Source: Amphiscolops sp. MND2022 (taxonomy: Eukaryota). From it: DNA of 64,000 nucleotides. The translations under genes were made by a program, and so were the position numbers. Where the stretch lies: positions 82,648,001 through 82,712,000 of the forward strand of contig OZ076409.1 of assembly GCA_964187785.1 (NCBI GenBank). Reading direction: 5' to 3'. Shown here one piece after another: positions 52,379-64,000 of the stretch (its first letter is position 1; every line of letters begins with the position of its first letter). The notes under the pieces were generated by a model, which saw only the letters and a program-made list of their open reading frames with translations, had not been told where the DNA came from and did no database searches.

Positions 52379-53414
52379 TGGTGACAGGAGTTTTAAACGA
52401 CTCCACCAATCAACCCAAGAGAACGAAGGCCCGATCTCAAAGTCAACCTCCGTCAAAAGAACGCCCAGCAGCAGCGAGAATTTTGTTCGCCCCAGATAAA
52501 GGTAACACCACGATGCTAACCATGCCAAAAGCTCTAACGGCGTCACTCCCAACTTTTGACGGGAAATCCGAAAAATTTGAGCTTTTTGAAGACCTCTTTA
52601 GGAACAATATCAAGATGTATCCACACCTTACAGAACTACAGAAGATAAACTACTTCCACTCCGTACTCAGGGGAGACGCCTTGCAAGCCTTTTGCAACAT
52701 CGAAGACTCCAAGAAAGACTCACTAGACGAGATCATCACGATATTCAAACGACGATTTGGGGACTACCTGTCGATGGCAGAGGCTAGATGTGAATGCGAC
52801 GCGCTAAAATTTGATCCCTCGACACAAAAACTCCACGAGTTTCTGGATGTACTCCAAAAAACCGCAAAAGAAGCCTTTGGATCAGAGGCGCAACAGTTCA
52901 TAGACAAGGCTATATACGCCAAAATGCCAGACCATGTCAAGAAAATACTAAACCGCGCATACCTCGAAGACAAACCCTACAACGACATAGTACTCCATCT
53001 GGAAAGGGAAATGCTTCTCAATGGACTAGGAGCACCAGACGAGGTAACGTTAGTACCCCTGAACAAAATCGAACCCGCTCAAACAAAAACTGAACCTAAA
53101 CCAGCGGAAAACACCGCTCAGACCACCAAAAAAGGGTACTGCTTTTACTGTAATAAATTCGGACATTATAAAGCTGAATGCCGAAAAATGAAAAGGGACA
53201 AATGGATGCAAACCGGCAGAAACAACGGGCCGAGCAACCACAGTGCAGGCAAACCACCCAAATGCGACACTTGCGGCAAATCACACAAAACAGAAGATTG
53301 TTGGAATGGAGCCAATGCTGCCAACGACCCAAGCGTCACAACACACAAGAACGTAAAATGGACACCTCTACCACACAACCAACGAACCAACCAGAAGACG
53401 AATCAAAAAACTAA
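51982..53414 (+). CDS. gag: Gag of copy D (starts inside the LTR; one frameshift near 53333)
   Basis: LPTFDGKSEKFELFEDLF, zinc knuckles CFYCNKFGHYKAEC and CDTCGKSHKTEDC; ends ...ESKN* at the slippery site. Confidence 0.9.
52379..52390 (+). promoter_or_regulatory. Primer-binding site TGGTGACAGGAG, translated in frame as M-V-T-G of Gag
   Basis: TGG immediately after the LTR-terminal CA; the 9-mer is shared with copy C; priming tRNA not identified. Confidence 0.75.
53405..53411 (+). promoter_or_regulatory. -1 ribosomal frameshift slippery site A AAA AAC
   Basis: Canonical X XXY YYZ directly before the gag TAA; the -1 frame (KKLITPHLRF...) is homologous to copy C (KKLILPRFQI...), which has the same heptamer. 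Confidence 0.75.
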
Positions 53415-56400
53415 TTACGCCGCACCTGCGCTTTGGGGAAACAGTAGACGCGAGGGCGTATTCACCAGAAGACCCCCCTACCATATACACAACCGATACA
53501 ACAACAAGATGCACTGATACTTCAACAGAAAATTGGCTGAGACAACAAGCCATCGCCTCCATAAAGAGACCACCACCAGAAAAAGGTCAGGAAACAAGAT
53601 CCCTCCAAGATCAAGATTACAGAAGCGATCATCAAAATCACACAAATCCATTTTCTCAGCCAACCACCAACACCAAAGAACTCTCTACTAGAACTCAAAC
53701 AGACAACAATGAAAACGCCCCCAACGACAACCTCACGTCACAAACGACCGAGGAAATTACGCACAAAACCACCATGACATCTACCTTCCATAACAACTTC
53801 CCCATTGCACTCAACTCAATCAAAGAGTACATAACTGAAAGAGACGGAGATACCTACATACCTCTCCACTCAACAATAGTCCTCAAGAACAGAAGACGAA
53901 TGCTTTACTTACCACTGGAATTTGGAGAACTAACAATGGACGGCCTCGTCGACTCAGGAGCGTTCATCAATGCCATGTCATGGTCCGACTACAACGCCAT
54001 TAAAATGAACAGCGATAATTGCGTCATAAAGGAGTACCCACAACCTCCCTTCAAAATTGAATGTGCAAACGCACAACTGGAACAACCTATCGCCACAGCC
54101 GATATCCAATTCAATATCGGAACATACACGTTCACTGACACCTTTGTCATACTATCAAGGACGTCATTCCCCATAATCGGACTGAACTTTATGAGAAACC
54201 ACCAAGCAGTAATCGACACAGCCAATGGGACCATCACCTTCCCGCATGTCGAAATGACATTAGCCATGACAGATGAAAAGAAAAATTGCAACCCCAAACC
54301 GCTCCAAATCATGGCCGAAGGGAACCAGACATTGCCTCCACAACAAACAACAACCGTAAATGCAATATTTTTAACCACAAATGCAATCGACATCACAGGA
54401 GCAGTACAACCACTACCACAGTTCGACGAAACAGCCACCATCATCGTCGCACCAGCACTAGCCACAGCTCACAACAAACGAATCAATTTACGAATAGCCA
54501 ACTTGACAGATTTCCCTCACACCATAAAAAATCACATCAAATTGGCAGAATTGCAAATCCTGCGGCCAGAGGACACCAAACAGATACGACCCATAGACGT
54601 CGCAACGCTAACCACCTTACAAGATCCAGATGACACGCACATGTATGTGAATGAGCTTATGAAATCCACAAACAACGAACAAAATGACGAAAACCTCTGG
54701 TTCCCAACACCTGAAAACCCAGGGAACGAGGATGAACACACGCCAATACAAAAGCGAATATTAAAAGAAATTAGAGAACTCATCAAGAAGGAACAACTCG
54801 ACCCCACCAAAGATCCAGAAGCAAGAAAAGAGTTCCTCGACATGTTCAAATGGGAAGGATCACAGATTGAAGGCAATGACAAGAAACAATTAGAACAAAT
54901 GATAGTTGAATACAACGACATCTTCGCGCGTCACAGACTCGACATTGGCATCAATAATAGCTTCAAAGTGAAACTGACGCCAAAAGACGAACGCCCCATA
55001 TACACGCAGAGCCTACCAGTACCGATCAACCTCAAAGAAGACCTAACAGTCGAACTGGCACTCATGCATAGGTACGGCATAATAACGACATTACCATTTT
55101 CAAAATATGCCAGTCCGATTTTTGCACAACGTAAACGAAATGGTAAACTACGACTACTCGTCGACCTACGAAAAATCAACGCACTGATATCCGACGACTA
55201 TATCAACAACAACCACCCAGTCAGTACCCTGTCGGACGCAGCTCAACACCTAGCTGGGAAAAAGCTGTTCTGTAAATTATATTGCTCCCAAGCATACCAC
55301 TGTCTACAAATGGCAGACCAGAGATCAATTGAAATGCTAGCGTTCAACTTCGCAAGCAGGACGTTCGCCTAGAAACGACTAGCACAAGGACTGAGCAGAG
55401 CTTTGTCAGCTTTCTCTAGTTTCATGAGAGAATATTTGGACAAAGTAATCAAGGCTGACCAATGCGCGCAGTATGCGGACGACATTGGAATAGCCGCTAA
55501 CTCCGTGACGCAACTGATACGAAACATCCGAGCTGTCTTCGAGTGCATTAGACAAGCAGGACTCAAACTATCCATCGACAAATGCCATTTTGGAGTAACC
55601 GAGGTCGAAATCCTTGGAAGAACGATCACCCCACAAGGAATCACCCCCCAAGACCACAAAATCCAGAAATTCCTAGCAAATGTACGATTCCCGAAATCAA
55701 AGAAACAAGTACAGAGATACATAGGCTTTGTCAACTACTACCGCAACTATATCCCGCGGTTGTCAGAAAAGCTACTCGGTTTCTACGAACTACTGAAAGC
55801 TGACAAACAAATCAAAGTCACAGAAGAACTGCTAGACCACTACAAAGCGATCAACGCAGCACTAGCGGAAGCATGTGGACTAGCCCTCAAACAACCAATC
55901 ACAGGACGACAATACGTCCTAATGACGGATGCCAGTTTTCGCGCCTCAGGTTATGCGCTAATGATCGAAGAAGAAAACGACAAAAAACTCAACTCCAAAA
56001 AGAAACCTTTTGCACCTGTAGCATTTGGATCAAAAGTATTTTCACCGGCACAACTGAAGATGTCAATTTATTGCAAAGAATTCCTGGCAATCTACCACGC
56101 GTTCCTAGAATACAGCCACATATTGTGGGAAACAACCCTACCAACTCTCGTAATGACAGACAACAGATCAGTAACGAGGTTTTTCCAAACAAAAGCGGTT
56201 CCCCCACACTATGGAATGCATGTGACTATGTACTACATTTCAATTTTCACATCATGCACGTAGCCGGGACGCAAAACACTGCTGCTGATTTCTTATCGAG
56301 AATTGACCTTAACCCTAAAGAAAAAGTTGAATTAAAAATCCGAAACGATATTATGATCCAATCAATACAAGTAAACCTTCAATCGACAGACGTCGCAGAT

Positions 56401-58313
56401 GAAGAACAACTCTTTTTCCTCCCAGAGGAAACGATTGAAACAGAAGAAGAAATCCTCCTACAAAAATAACAAGCAAGACAAAATGCACGAGATGAAGAGA
56501 CGACGGAAATAAAGCTGTCAATAAAAGAAACAACCCCAATCCCAATAAACAAGGCATCATACACCTTTGGGGCAATCAAAGAAGATGCACGCATTAGAGT
56601 TGAACAAGACTCAGATTTAGTTTTCAAAGCAATCAAAAGAAAGCTGATCTGTGAAGAATACGACAAACACCTCTTACAAACAGATCCGAAAGCCAAGCGC
56701 CTCTTGGTACACGAAAATAGACTCATAGTCAAAGACGGAGTACTAATGCGCAAATACTACAGAGAATGCGGTCAAGTTACACACAACCAAATACTAATTC
56801 CCGAACACTTGATCACAGAACTACTGAAAGCCATTCACGGACAAATGGGAAAACATCCAGGAATCACCAAAATGATCCAAGAATGCAGATCGAAATACTA
56901 CTACCCTGGCTTAGCAAAAAGAATCAGACAGTGGGTGACGCAATGTGAAGACTGCATCAAATACAAAAGAATCAACAATAGCCAAATCCGACCGAAGATG
57001 ATCAACAACACAGAACACGTATTGGGACCAGAAGATATACTCGAAATCGACATACTGCCAAACCTACCAGAACATTATCACAATGATTGATGTGTTCTCA
57101 CGTTACCTATTCGCATACCCAACACAGAATGCCACTGCGAAAACAATCGGACGATGCATAGTCGACGTCATGACAAGACACGCATACTTGCCAACATTAA
57201 TCTTATCAGACAAAAGCTCGCAATTCAGGTCAGAAGTTGTCGCAGAAATAACACAAATTCTTGAAATTCCACAAAACATGCACAAACAATCGGAATTTTG
57301 GAAATGACACACGCCTCAATCAAGACTGCACTCAAAATATCGACGGGTGAAAGACGTTCAATGTGGCATAAATACGTCCAAATTGCAGTCAAGAATTACA
57401 ATACGACGTACCACGAAACCTTAGGATGTGAACCATCTACAGGATTCCATGGACGTATACCCTACAATGTTCTTGACTTAAAATTGGGCATCAAGCCAAA
57501 GTGGAAAACTACGCCCAACTCGGACATAGCAGAGCAACTACAAAAACAAATTGACGAAGTGCGAGCGACAGCGAAAGACAACATCATGCTGTCTTACCTC
57601 AAATACAAAAAATATTACGACCGCAAAGCGTCGGCAGCTCCGCTCAAAGTAAACGACTATTGCTACATCCTCAATCCAAAAGCAGACAACCAGTCGGCAA
57701 AGTTTGCGTTCCAAGATTGCATCTGGACAGGACCGTATATTGTGATAAAAATACTATCCAACAACAACTATACAATACGAAGGCTTGGCACTCGCTACAC
57801 ACAAACATTACATAGGATCAGAATACGTCCTTACGTGCCAGAACAACGACTGCCTGACGTCACAGTACGTACAATTGACTACCTTCCTGATCCGGACGTC
57901 AAAGTGTCACACAATGAGTGGTACGCGGTATCGTGGGAAATGGATTTCGGAAAACAGATTGATGAACACGAAACATCAAAAAAGACAGAGAACAATCGAC
58001 ACACAGAAATACAAGATATGACAAATACGAACGACGAAGACACGACGTCTCAAATGCCAAGAAACCAAACTGATGACACAAATGACGAGGCGCCGCCATC
58101 TCCGGATTTTTCAAATCTTACTACAGACGTGGGGGATAACCCATACATACGACGCCCCCACCCATTGAAAGTCCACCTATTCCCCCAAGATCACCGCCTA
58201 CAATTATCGGATATAACCCGAGAAAAAAAGCAAAGTATAATCTGAGATCTAACCCTAAGCCTAACGCAAATCCTGACTTCACACGACTTGACGCTATGAC
58301 TACGACTCAATAG
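53405..58313 (+). pseudogene. pol: Pol (PR, RT, RNase H, integrase with GPY/F) of copy D, inactivated
   Basis: LVDSGA; YADD; MTDASF; H..H..C..C; IDVFSR, LSDK, WTGPYIV; stops at 55370 and 56467, several frameshifts, first RT Asp reads Y (KLYCSQAY). Confidence 0.95.
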
Positions 58314-58580
58314 AACAAAGAAAAGTATTATCAGGAGTCCAGACCGAACCGATCTGACAATTTTCAATTATTAGGCATACTACGGCCCTTCTACTCCTTT
58401 TTCTCGTAATGACTCTACTATTCTTCTAAATTTTTTTTTCTTTTTCTTTTCGACATCAATTTTGACGTCATCCAGAGTTATCAATCTACAACAAAACTGC
58501 CCGAAGACGGCAATAACTGGGAACAATCAATACATACAAAATACAACAACAGTTTTCAAATAACATGAATAATACATCTA

Positions 58581-61500
58581 CTAGTCTTTTGACGACGAAG
58601 CTTCATTTTTCTTCACGGACTTGGTGCACCCTTTCTTCTTTTTCTTCGACTCAGCACTGACAGTTTCTTTTGAAGACCTCTTACGGCCAAGCAACGACCC
58701 CAGACTACTGTATTTTTGCCCTTTACTAGGACGGCCAGAACTTGTCCCACTGTCACCTTGACCTGCAATGACTGCACCAGCAACAGAGGACTCACCACTT
58801 TCTGAATGGGTTACAGTAGCAGAATCAGAATGGCCAGTAGACTGAACTCGACCACCAGGCCTGTTTGCAACACGAAGCGGATGGTACGTTTCGTCCTTTT
58901 TCTGCGCAACATAAGCCTTGAACAATGACGTATAGCGACTGACAAAGCCACTTTGCCCACCACTGCAAATTCTGCCCCAAGGATCAAACTCAGAACATGA
59001 CATAAAAGAATATGAATTGACGATGGCATCGCGAATACATTCCATAGTATGCTTGGTAAAGAAGGCTTTCTGTTTGTAATTTGGTGACAGCACACAGCTC
59101 TGGACACCACGGATACAGGAGGACACTACGGGCTTCGGCACAGTACAACCTGACAAATCGATATCAACAACAGGGGAATCGCGTCGAGGTTTTACAACTA
59201 CCAGACAGCACAACTTGAACACTCGACACAGACTTTTTCGAGCTAAAAAACTGTAATCTGCCAACAGAAATGCTACCAAATCGGGAATCTCTTCAGCATG
59301 CTGGGCACCAGTATTATGTCGGGCACGAACATCAACAACAAAGGACAAGAATTCCTCAGTCGCAGCACCAGCCTCAACGTCCGTCAGCACCTTGCATTGC
59401 TTCAACAATGCAACCAAGCAATTGAACAGCCCAAAGATGTATTCGTCCCCACCTTCTAACAACAGCTCAGGGCAAAAGCAATAAATACATCGCATGAAAT
59501 CAGAGGAAGCAGGGTATTGCGCCAGAATAATCTCCACGAAACGATCAATAAAATCGGGACATTGACGTCGGAATTCTCGAGCCTCGCCACCTTTAATGCC
59601 CCGCAAGACACTCCCAAATTCATAATTCAATAAGAAATCATCACACGACAATTTCTCAAAATCGGCCACTTTGGAAACGTCCATGTAAAGTTCCCAAGAG
59701 TTTAAAGGGGGCAGAGATGCACTTTTGCGACTACCAGACAATAGTCCATATATGAACTGACTTAGTTCCATGAAGAAATGGAAGCCATAATCAGATCGCC
59801 CAGTACTTTGCGTCTTGAAGGAGACGACATCTATAACACAACAACAAGGAAATACAAAACCACAACACAACCATAACGATGAGTGGATGACAAGGATGAC
59901 GATACAAAAGGAAAAGAAAAGATAACGCAACCAATACATGACAACACAAAAATACGAAACTTACGGAGATCAAGAATGTGGCCAAGAAGACCAAGTCGTA
60001 GCACAACCGTGTTGTCACTACTCACTAGCCAGTCCAGTCCTCGCTTCTGTAACAAATCACAACCAAATTTTAATACGACTACACGAAGACCCATGTCGCC
60101 CCACCCAACCCGACTCCATGACATAATCATAACCCCACATAATTACTTATATCAGATGAAAGGACATCTCACCTTATCAACTTCACATCTTGAATGACCA
60201 GGTGCTGTGTATCGCACAAACTCTCGGACGATCGTCCAACTAGCCACGAGATCAGCGATCACCTGACGCAGTTCGGCAAATGACACTTGGCCAGTAAGCA
60301 CACAGTGTTGAAGGGCAGGAGCACCGTCCATCCAGGATTCCTGAAGGGCACCCCGCAACCGCAGAACCAGAAAGTCAACCATCGATGACGTATCCAGCCT
60401 ACCGAAGACCTCTTGCTCAGCATGACGGTACTCTCTCAGGAAATCGTCTCCACTGAACTCTCGACAATGAAGAAATTGTCGCCCATCGACACGGTTGTCA
60501 TTTAGAACACGCAGAAGTGATACACTACCACCCTGGCATGACAGAGGCAATTGGCAAGAGGGCACACTATCCACAATACGAGAGATCCCAGCCAACGCGG
60601 CAACAGGCACACGCTGCCCAGGGGACTCCACTCGCACACACACAGAGAACAGTGAGTCTTCATCCCAAGTGTGAACAAAGCACTCATGAATGGTAGCATC
60701 ACTGACAAAGAAGACGCTATACTCACGGAAGGATCGATCCGAGAAACGACGGATCGCAACACTCGCGGGAACAAAGCCTGGCAGATCAACGACTAAAACA
60801 GAACAAACACCATCAACACCCTAAGTGACAACTCCTAACCCAACCAACCACCCATACACGCCACCTTACTCGAAGTCATCAATACACAAAATAATCAACT
60901 CACCAAAGTCTCAGCACGGCCCCACTTCAGGCTGAACAGAGGCTCCTCGGGACCCAGGGTAGCACAAAAGCACCCCTACAACTTTTTCAGTAGGGTGTAA
61001 CTTCCACCACAACGGAACAGTTCTAACACGCTGTTAATCATAGTCATGAGCGGAACAGAAGAGTCGACACGAGTGCATGAAGGAAGAAGATCCTCCGGGA
61101 AGCTGAAACCCTCCGCCAGACCCTTGCTTGGACGACTCATATAATCAGAGACCTGGGCCTCACTCAGTTCCATGGCATCCATGAGCCGATTGAAAATGGG
61201 AAGATCGTGTTGCACCCGATACCTCACGTCCAACTGCCAATGGCGCTTCCCAAAGAAGTGACGTGAGAATTCCAACGCACCACGAGATTCCATCGACACA
61301 TCCCGATGACAAATTTTGCAGAAAAACAACTTGTCAGATCCCGTGCTCGAGCCACTCACAAATAGTTGGTAGATAGGGTTATCACCAACCATATCACGAC
61401 GAAGTCGATGCCGGGAACTGTAAACCCGCCTGCGTTGACGTTGAGGCGCTGCAACTCCCTCCAAACTAGTCTCCACTCGAGACACAAGCTCTTGAAAGCC

Positions 61501-62820
61501 TACAAACAGCACAACACCACATAGAGAATAAAGGCCAACAACATTCATACATCAACCCCGACCATTATGACCCCCCTTTTTTTCTTTTCCTCTGCAACTA
61601 CCCTACCGACAACAAATACAACAAGATACTAACGAGTAACGAGGGGTTCCATCGTCCGATGCTCCAACTCAGTGGCCAAGATCTCACCAAGTCTCACGGC
61701 TTGACGGGGTGTACATGGCAGCACAGACGTGTCAGCTGTGTCACTCTCATCACTCCTAAACTCGAATTGCAGAGTACGTGGGACTGCTTCTGAAGTCGTT
61801 CCATCTTTATGATCGCGCGAACGCAAACACCTTGATGAACTAGGAGGAGTAGGTGCCACATCAGAACGCACCACTGAACCCAGACACAAACAACTAATTT
61901 TACACATCGGCCCCACACAAACTCAGGAGAACCAACAGGACGCAAGATCCACAAAACATGAAAACATAGAGAAAGACGCTGAGTGAATACAACAAAAAAT
62001 GATTCTAACCTCGCCCAAGCCCCATAATAGTCGGCAACACCCCGGAACTCTCATCCGGCACTGTCAGGAAAGATGAAAAACGAGGTGAAGTCGTCTTATG
62101 TCCTCCAGCAACAACAGCCGTTTCTGTAGGAGTCTTCGTAGTACCTGCCTCTTCTTCATTAGAGGGGGGATCATCCTCACCTACATGAGGATGTCGTGAC
62201 AACGAGAGCAATTTTGATAAGGGGACGTCGAGCTCATGACAAGGAACAGACGAAACGCTAGGCAAGGACGTGTCACCTCTGGCTACTGTCTTGACCACAG
62301 CAGTCCCAGTTCCAAGCTCCTGATTTGACTCCTGTGCATCGGGATCAACGGGCGCAGACAAGGGAACGACCTCCACTGCAGAAAGATCCGCAGGCAAAGG
62401 GACTCCAGAGACAACTGCTGGTACCACAGAAGTAGAACCAGGCAAATCAGAACCTGAAACAACATTCCCAAATCGACGCGTCAGAAAACCTAAGCTGTGA
62501 AAATGCGAAACAGAAAAGGCCTATCTGATAGTAGTATTATTCACAAAAAGCTTAATGGATTGGGGAACGACAAACTTACCAGCATTAAGCTGTACAGTCG
62601 AAGGGTCGGCATCATGTCTCTCCCGAATGTCTGCTTCTGTGAAGAGAAATTGAGTATCGTAACCGCTCTGGAAGCCAGATTCAACACGGCGCGGAAACAC
62701 ATTTGGTTTTTCAACAGCAATCTGAAAAGGAGAAGGGCTGGAAACAACAACCAAATTGACGTCATCATAACGGTGACAAAACAGAAGTTGGCTAATTACC
62801 AACGAAATCGACGTCGGCAT
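58581..62820 (-). pseudogene. Antisense 7-exon accessory gene (~1,100 aa): BED-like zinc finger, hAT-transposase-like body, basic C-terminal tail
   Basis: Exons (start uncertain)-62580, 62453-62010, 61873-61634, 61499-60904, 60792-60173, 60046-59965, 59830-58581; six GT-AG introns of 111-136 bp, all phase-compatible; one TAG (60976-60978) and one frameshift in exon 5. Confidence 0.8.
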
Positions 62821-63060
62821 AACGTCGACAAAAAGGTTATCAGGGTTAAAAAATTAATCCTATATCCCAAAATGACGTCATCAAAACGGTGACAGAATTG
62901 AAAGTTAGCTAAGCTAGCGAAATGACGTCAGCATAACGTCGACAAGTTTGGCTAAGTAAATTATTTCAATTTACAGCCAATAAAATACGATGTCGACATA
63001 ACGTCAACATCTGAGGATTAAAATCGATTAAAATGATTGAACAGCCAATCAGAATAGAGG
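62750..63060. promoter_or_regulatory. Putative internal bidirectional promoter
   Basis: Three TGACGTCA (CRE) motifs, several ACGTCGAC motifs and two GCCAAT boxes between the divergent accessory genes. Confidence 0.5.
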
Positions 63061-63163
63061 GATTTATCCCAATATTCTCCTTAATCCTAACTATTCCGGA
63101 ATTCATTGTGGAACAATTAAATACGAACGACAGCTGCAAAAGGAAGGAAACCTCACAAAGAAG

Positions 63164-63869
63164 ATGAATAATTTGCTAGATATATACGAGTTGATCGACA
63201 TTTCATCGTCAAGCGAAGAGGAAGGCGAGATCACAACAGCTTCTACCCCGTTACCTAGGGCCAACAAAGAGTACCCCAGAATATTTGTCGAAATACTGAA
63301 CTCGTCAGCGGAAGCTACTGCAGATGAAGAAGAATTCCTCGACCTTTCTCTAGACTCCCTGGAATCTGAATGCAAAAGAATGAAACTCAGTGAACCCTAC
63401 ACGATCTTCGAAACAGTGGAATCGTGTCAGTACCCTCAGTCGGAAAGTCCCGAAGAAATAGTAATGGCCGACTCCCCAGAGAGCCCAGATGAAAACTTGT
63501 CATCTGACATATTTGTTGTTGAAACCTCGGCAAATGATAAAGAGTCGATAACGAGCAGTAAAGTAGCAGAATATCTCGGAAAGGTGCACCAGGAAGACGC
63601 TTCTTCTTACTTCAACCCCCCCGGGAACGCCAAAAAAGATAAATTTCTTGCAGGCAAGCCCTTTGAACAACTTGGAGAGGAGGGTACAGACGGTCACCAC
63701 TACTCCGACAATCGCCTCACAACTCAGAGCCCCGGGCAGCGTCAATCTTCTTACAAGAGCGGCCCTGTCACAGCCCGCTCCCGGTCTGGCTTGTGGTTGC
63801 CGACGACTGAAGATCGGGAGAGGACATGGAGGCAATCTGAGATTCCCCAAATCTTTTTTTAACTGGTAA
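63164..63869 (+). CDS. Acidic accessory ORF with SIM-like N-terminus overlapping PPT/U3; probable frameshift in this copy
   Basis: LIDISSSSEEE...STPL; the frame of ORF 63648-63869 gives RAALSQPAPG...GRGHG, matching the end of ORF 9053-9760. Confidence 0.7.
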
Positions 63870-64000
63870 CTCTAAAACTTTATCTTTGAAATAAACTGTG
63901 ACTAGAAATGTGAAAATACATCTACGTCGCGCAAACTTTAACTGGAAATGAAAACAGAGAACAAAAGGAGCCAAAATGATTTCACGCATTTCCGGTAAGA
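63766..64000 (+). repeat. 3' LTR of copy D (truncated by the window), preceded by a short PPT-like AAGAGCGGCCC
   Basis: 3 mismatches in 235 bp versus 50045-50279. Confidence 0.95.

Larger units (their letters stand above)
50045..64000 (+). mobile_element. Giant complex Ty3/gypsy element, copy D (predicted ~16.05 kb; extends past the window end)
   Basis: LTR starts at 50045 and 63766 match at 232 of 235 bp; gag, pol, antisense gene and accessory ORF lie between them. Confidence 0.95.

Noticed and set aside
58400..62900. Independent hAT insertion into copy D
   Set aside because: I found no TIRs or 8-bp TSD by eye, and a homologue occupies the same position and orientation in copy C
58581..63869. 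env gene in the post-pol position
   Set aside because: The large gene is antisense with a zinc finger and basic tail; the sense ORF is acidic with no signal peptide or transmembrane segment. The hydrophobic start of ORF 58581-59939 is intron sequence.

Overview
Transposon-dense animal (invertebrate-type) nuclear DNA with a 200-N assembly gap (30426-30625) and one host gene: a short-prodomain caspase on the minus strand whose p20 and p10 exons are separated by an 8.7-kb intron containing a decayed gypsy element and a ~40-bp minisatellite. The rest is nested mobile DNA: two decayed Mag-like Ty3/gypsy elements with short LTRs and a WLDD RT motif, a complete hAT element with an 8-bp TSD, a CACTA-type non-autonomous element, Tc1 and LINE fragments, MITE-like repeats and foldback hairpins. 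The most striking signal is a family of giant 'complex' Ty3/gypsy elements, seen three times (50045 to beyond 64000, ~13.7-23.2 kb, and a 3' remnant at ~8.7-12.0 kb). They have ~2.3-kb LTRs that encode the first ~130 aa of Gag, with the PBS inside gag and a -1 frameshift into pol. Between pol and the 3' LTR they carry (i) an antisense 7-exon spliced gene of ~1,100 aa with a BED-like zinc finger and hAT-transposase-like features and (ii) a divergently oriented acidic ORF with a SUMO-interacting-motif-like N-terminus that runs through the PPT into U3. All calls come from reading the sequence; no database searches were run.
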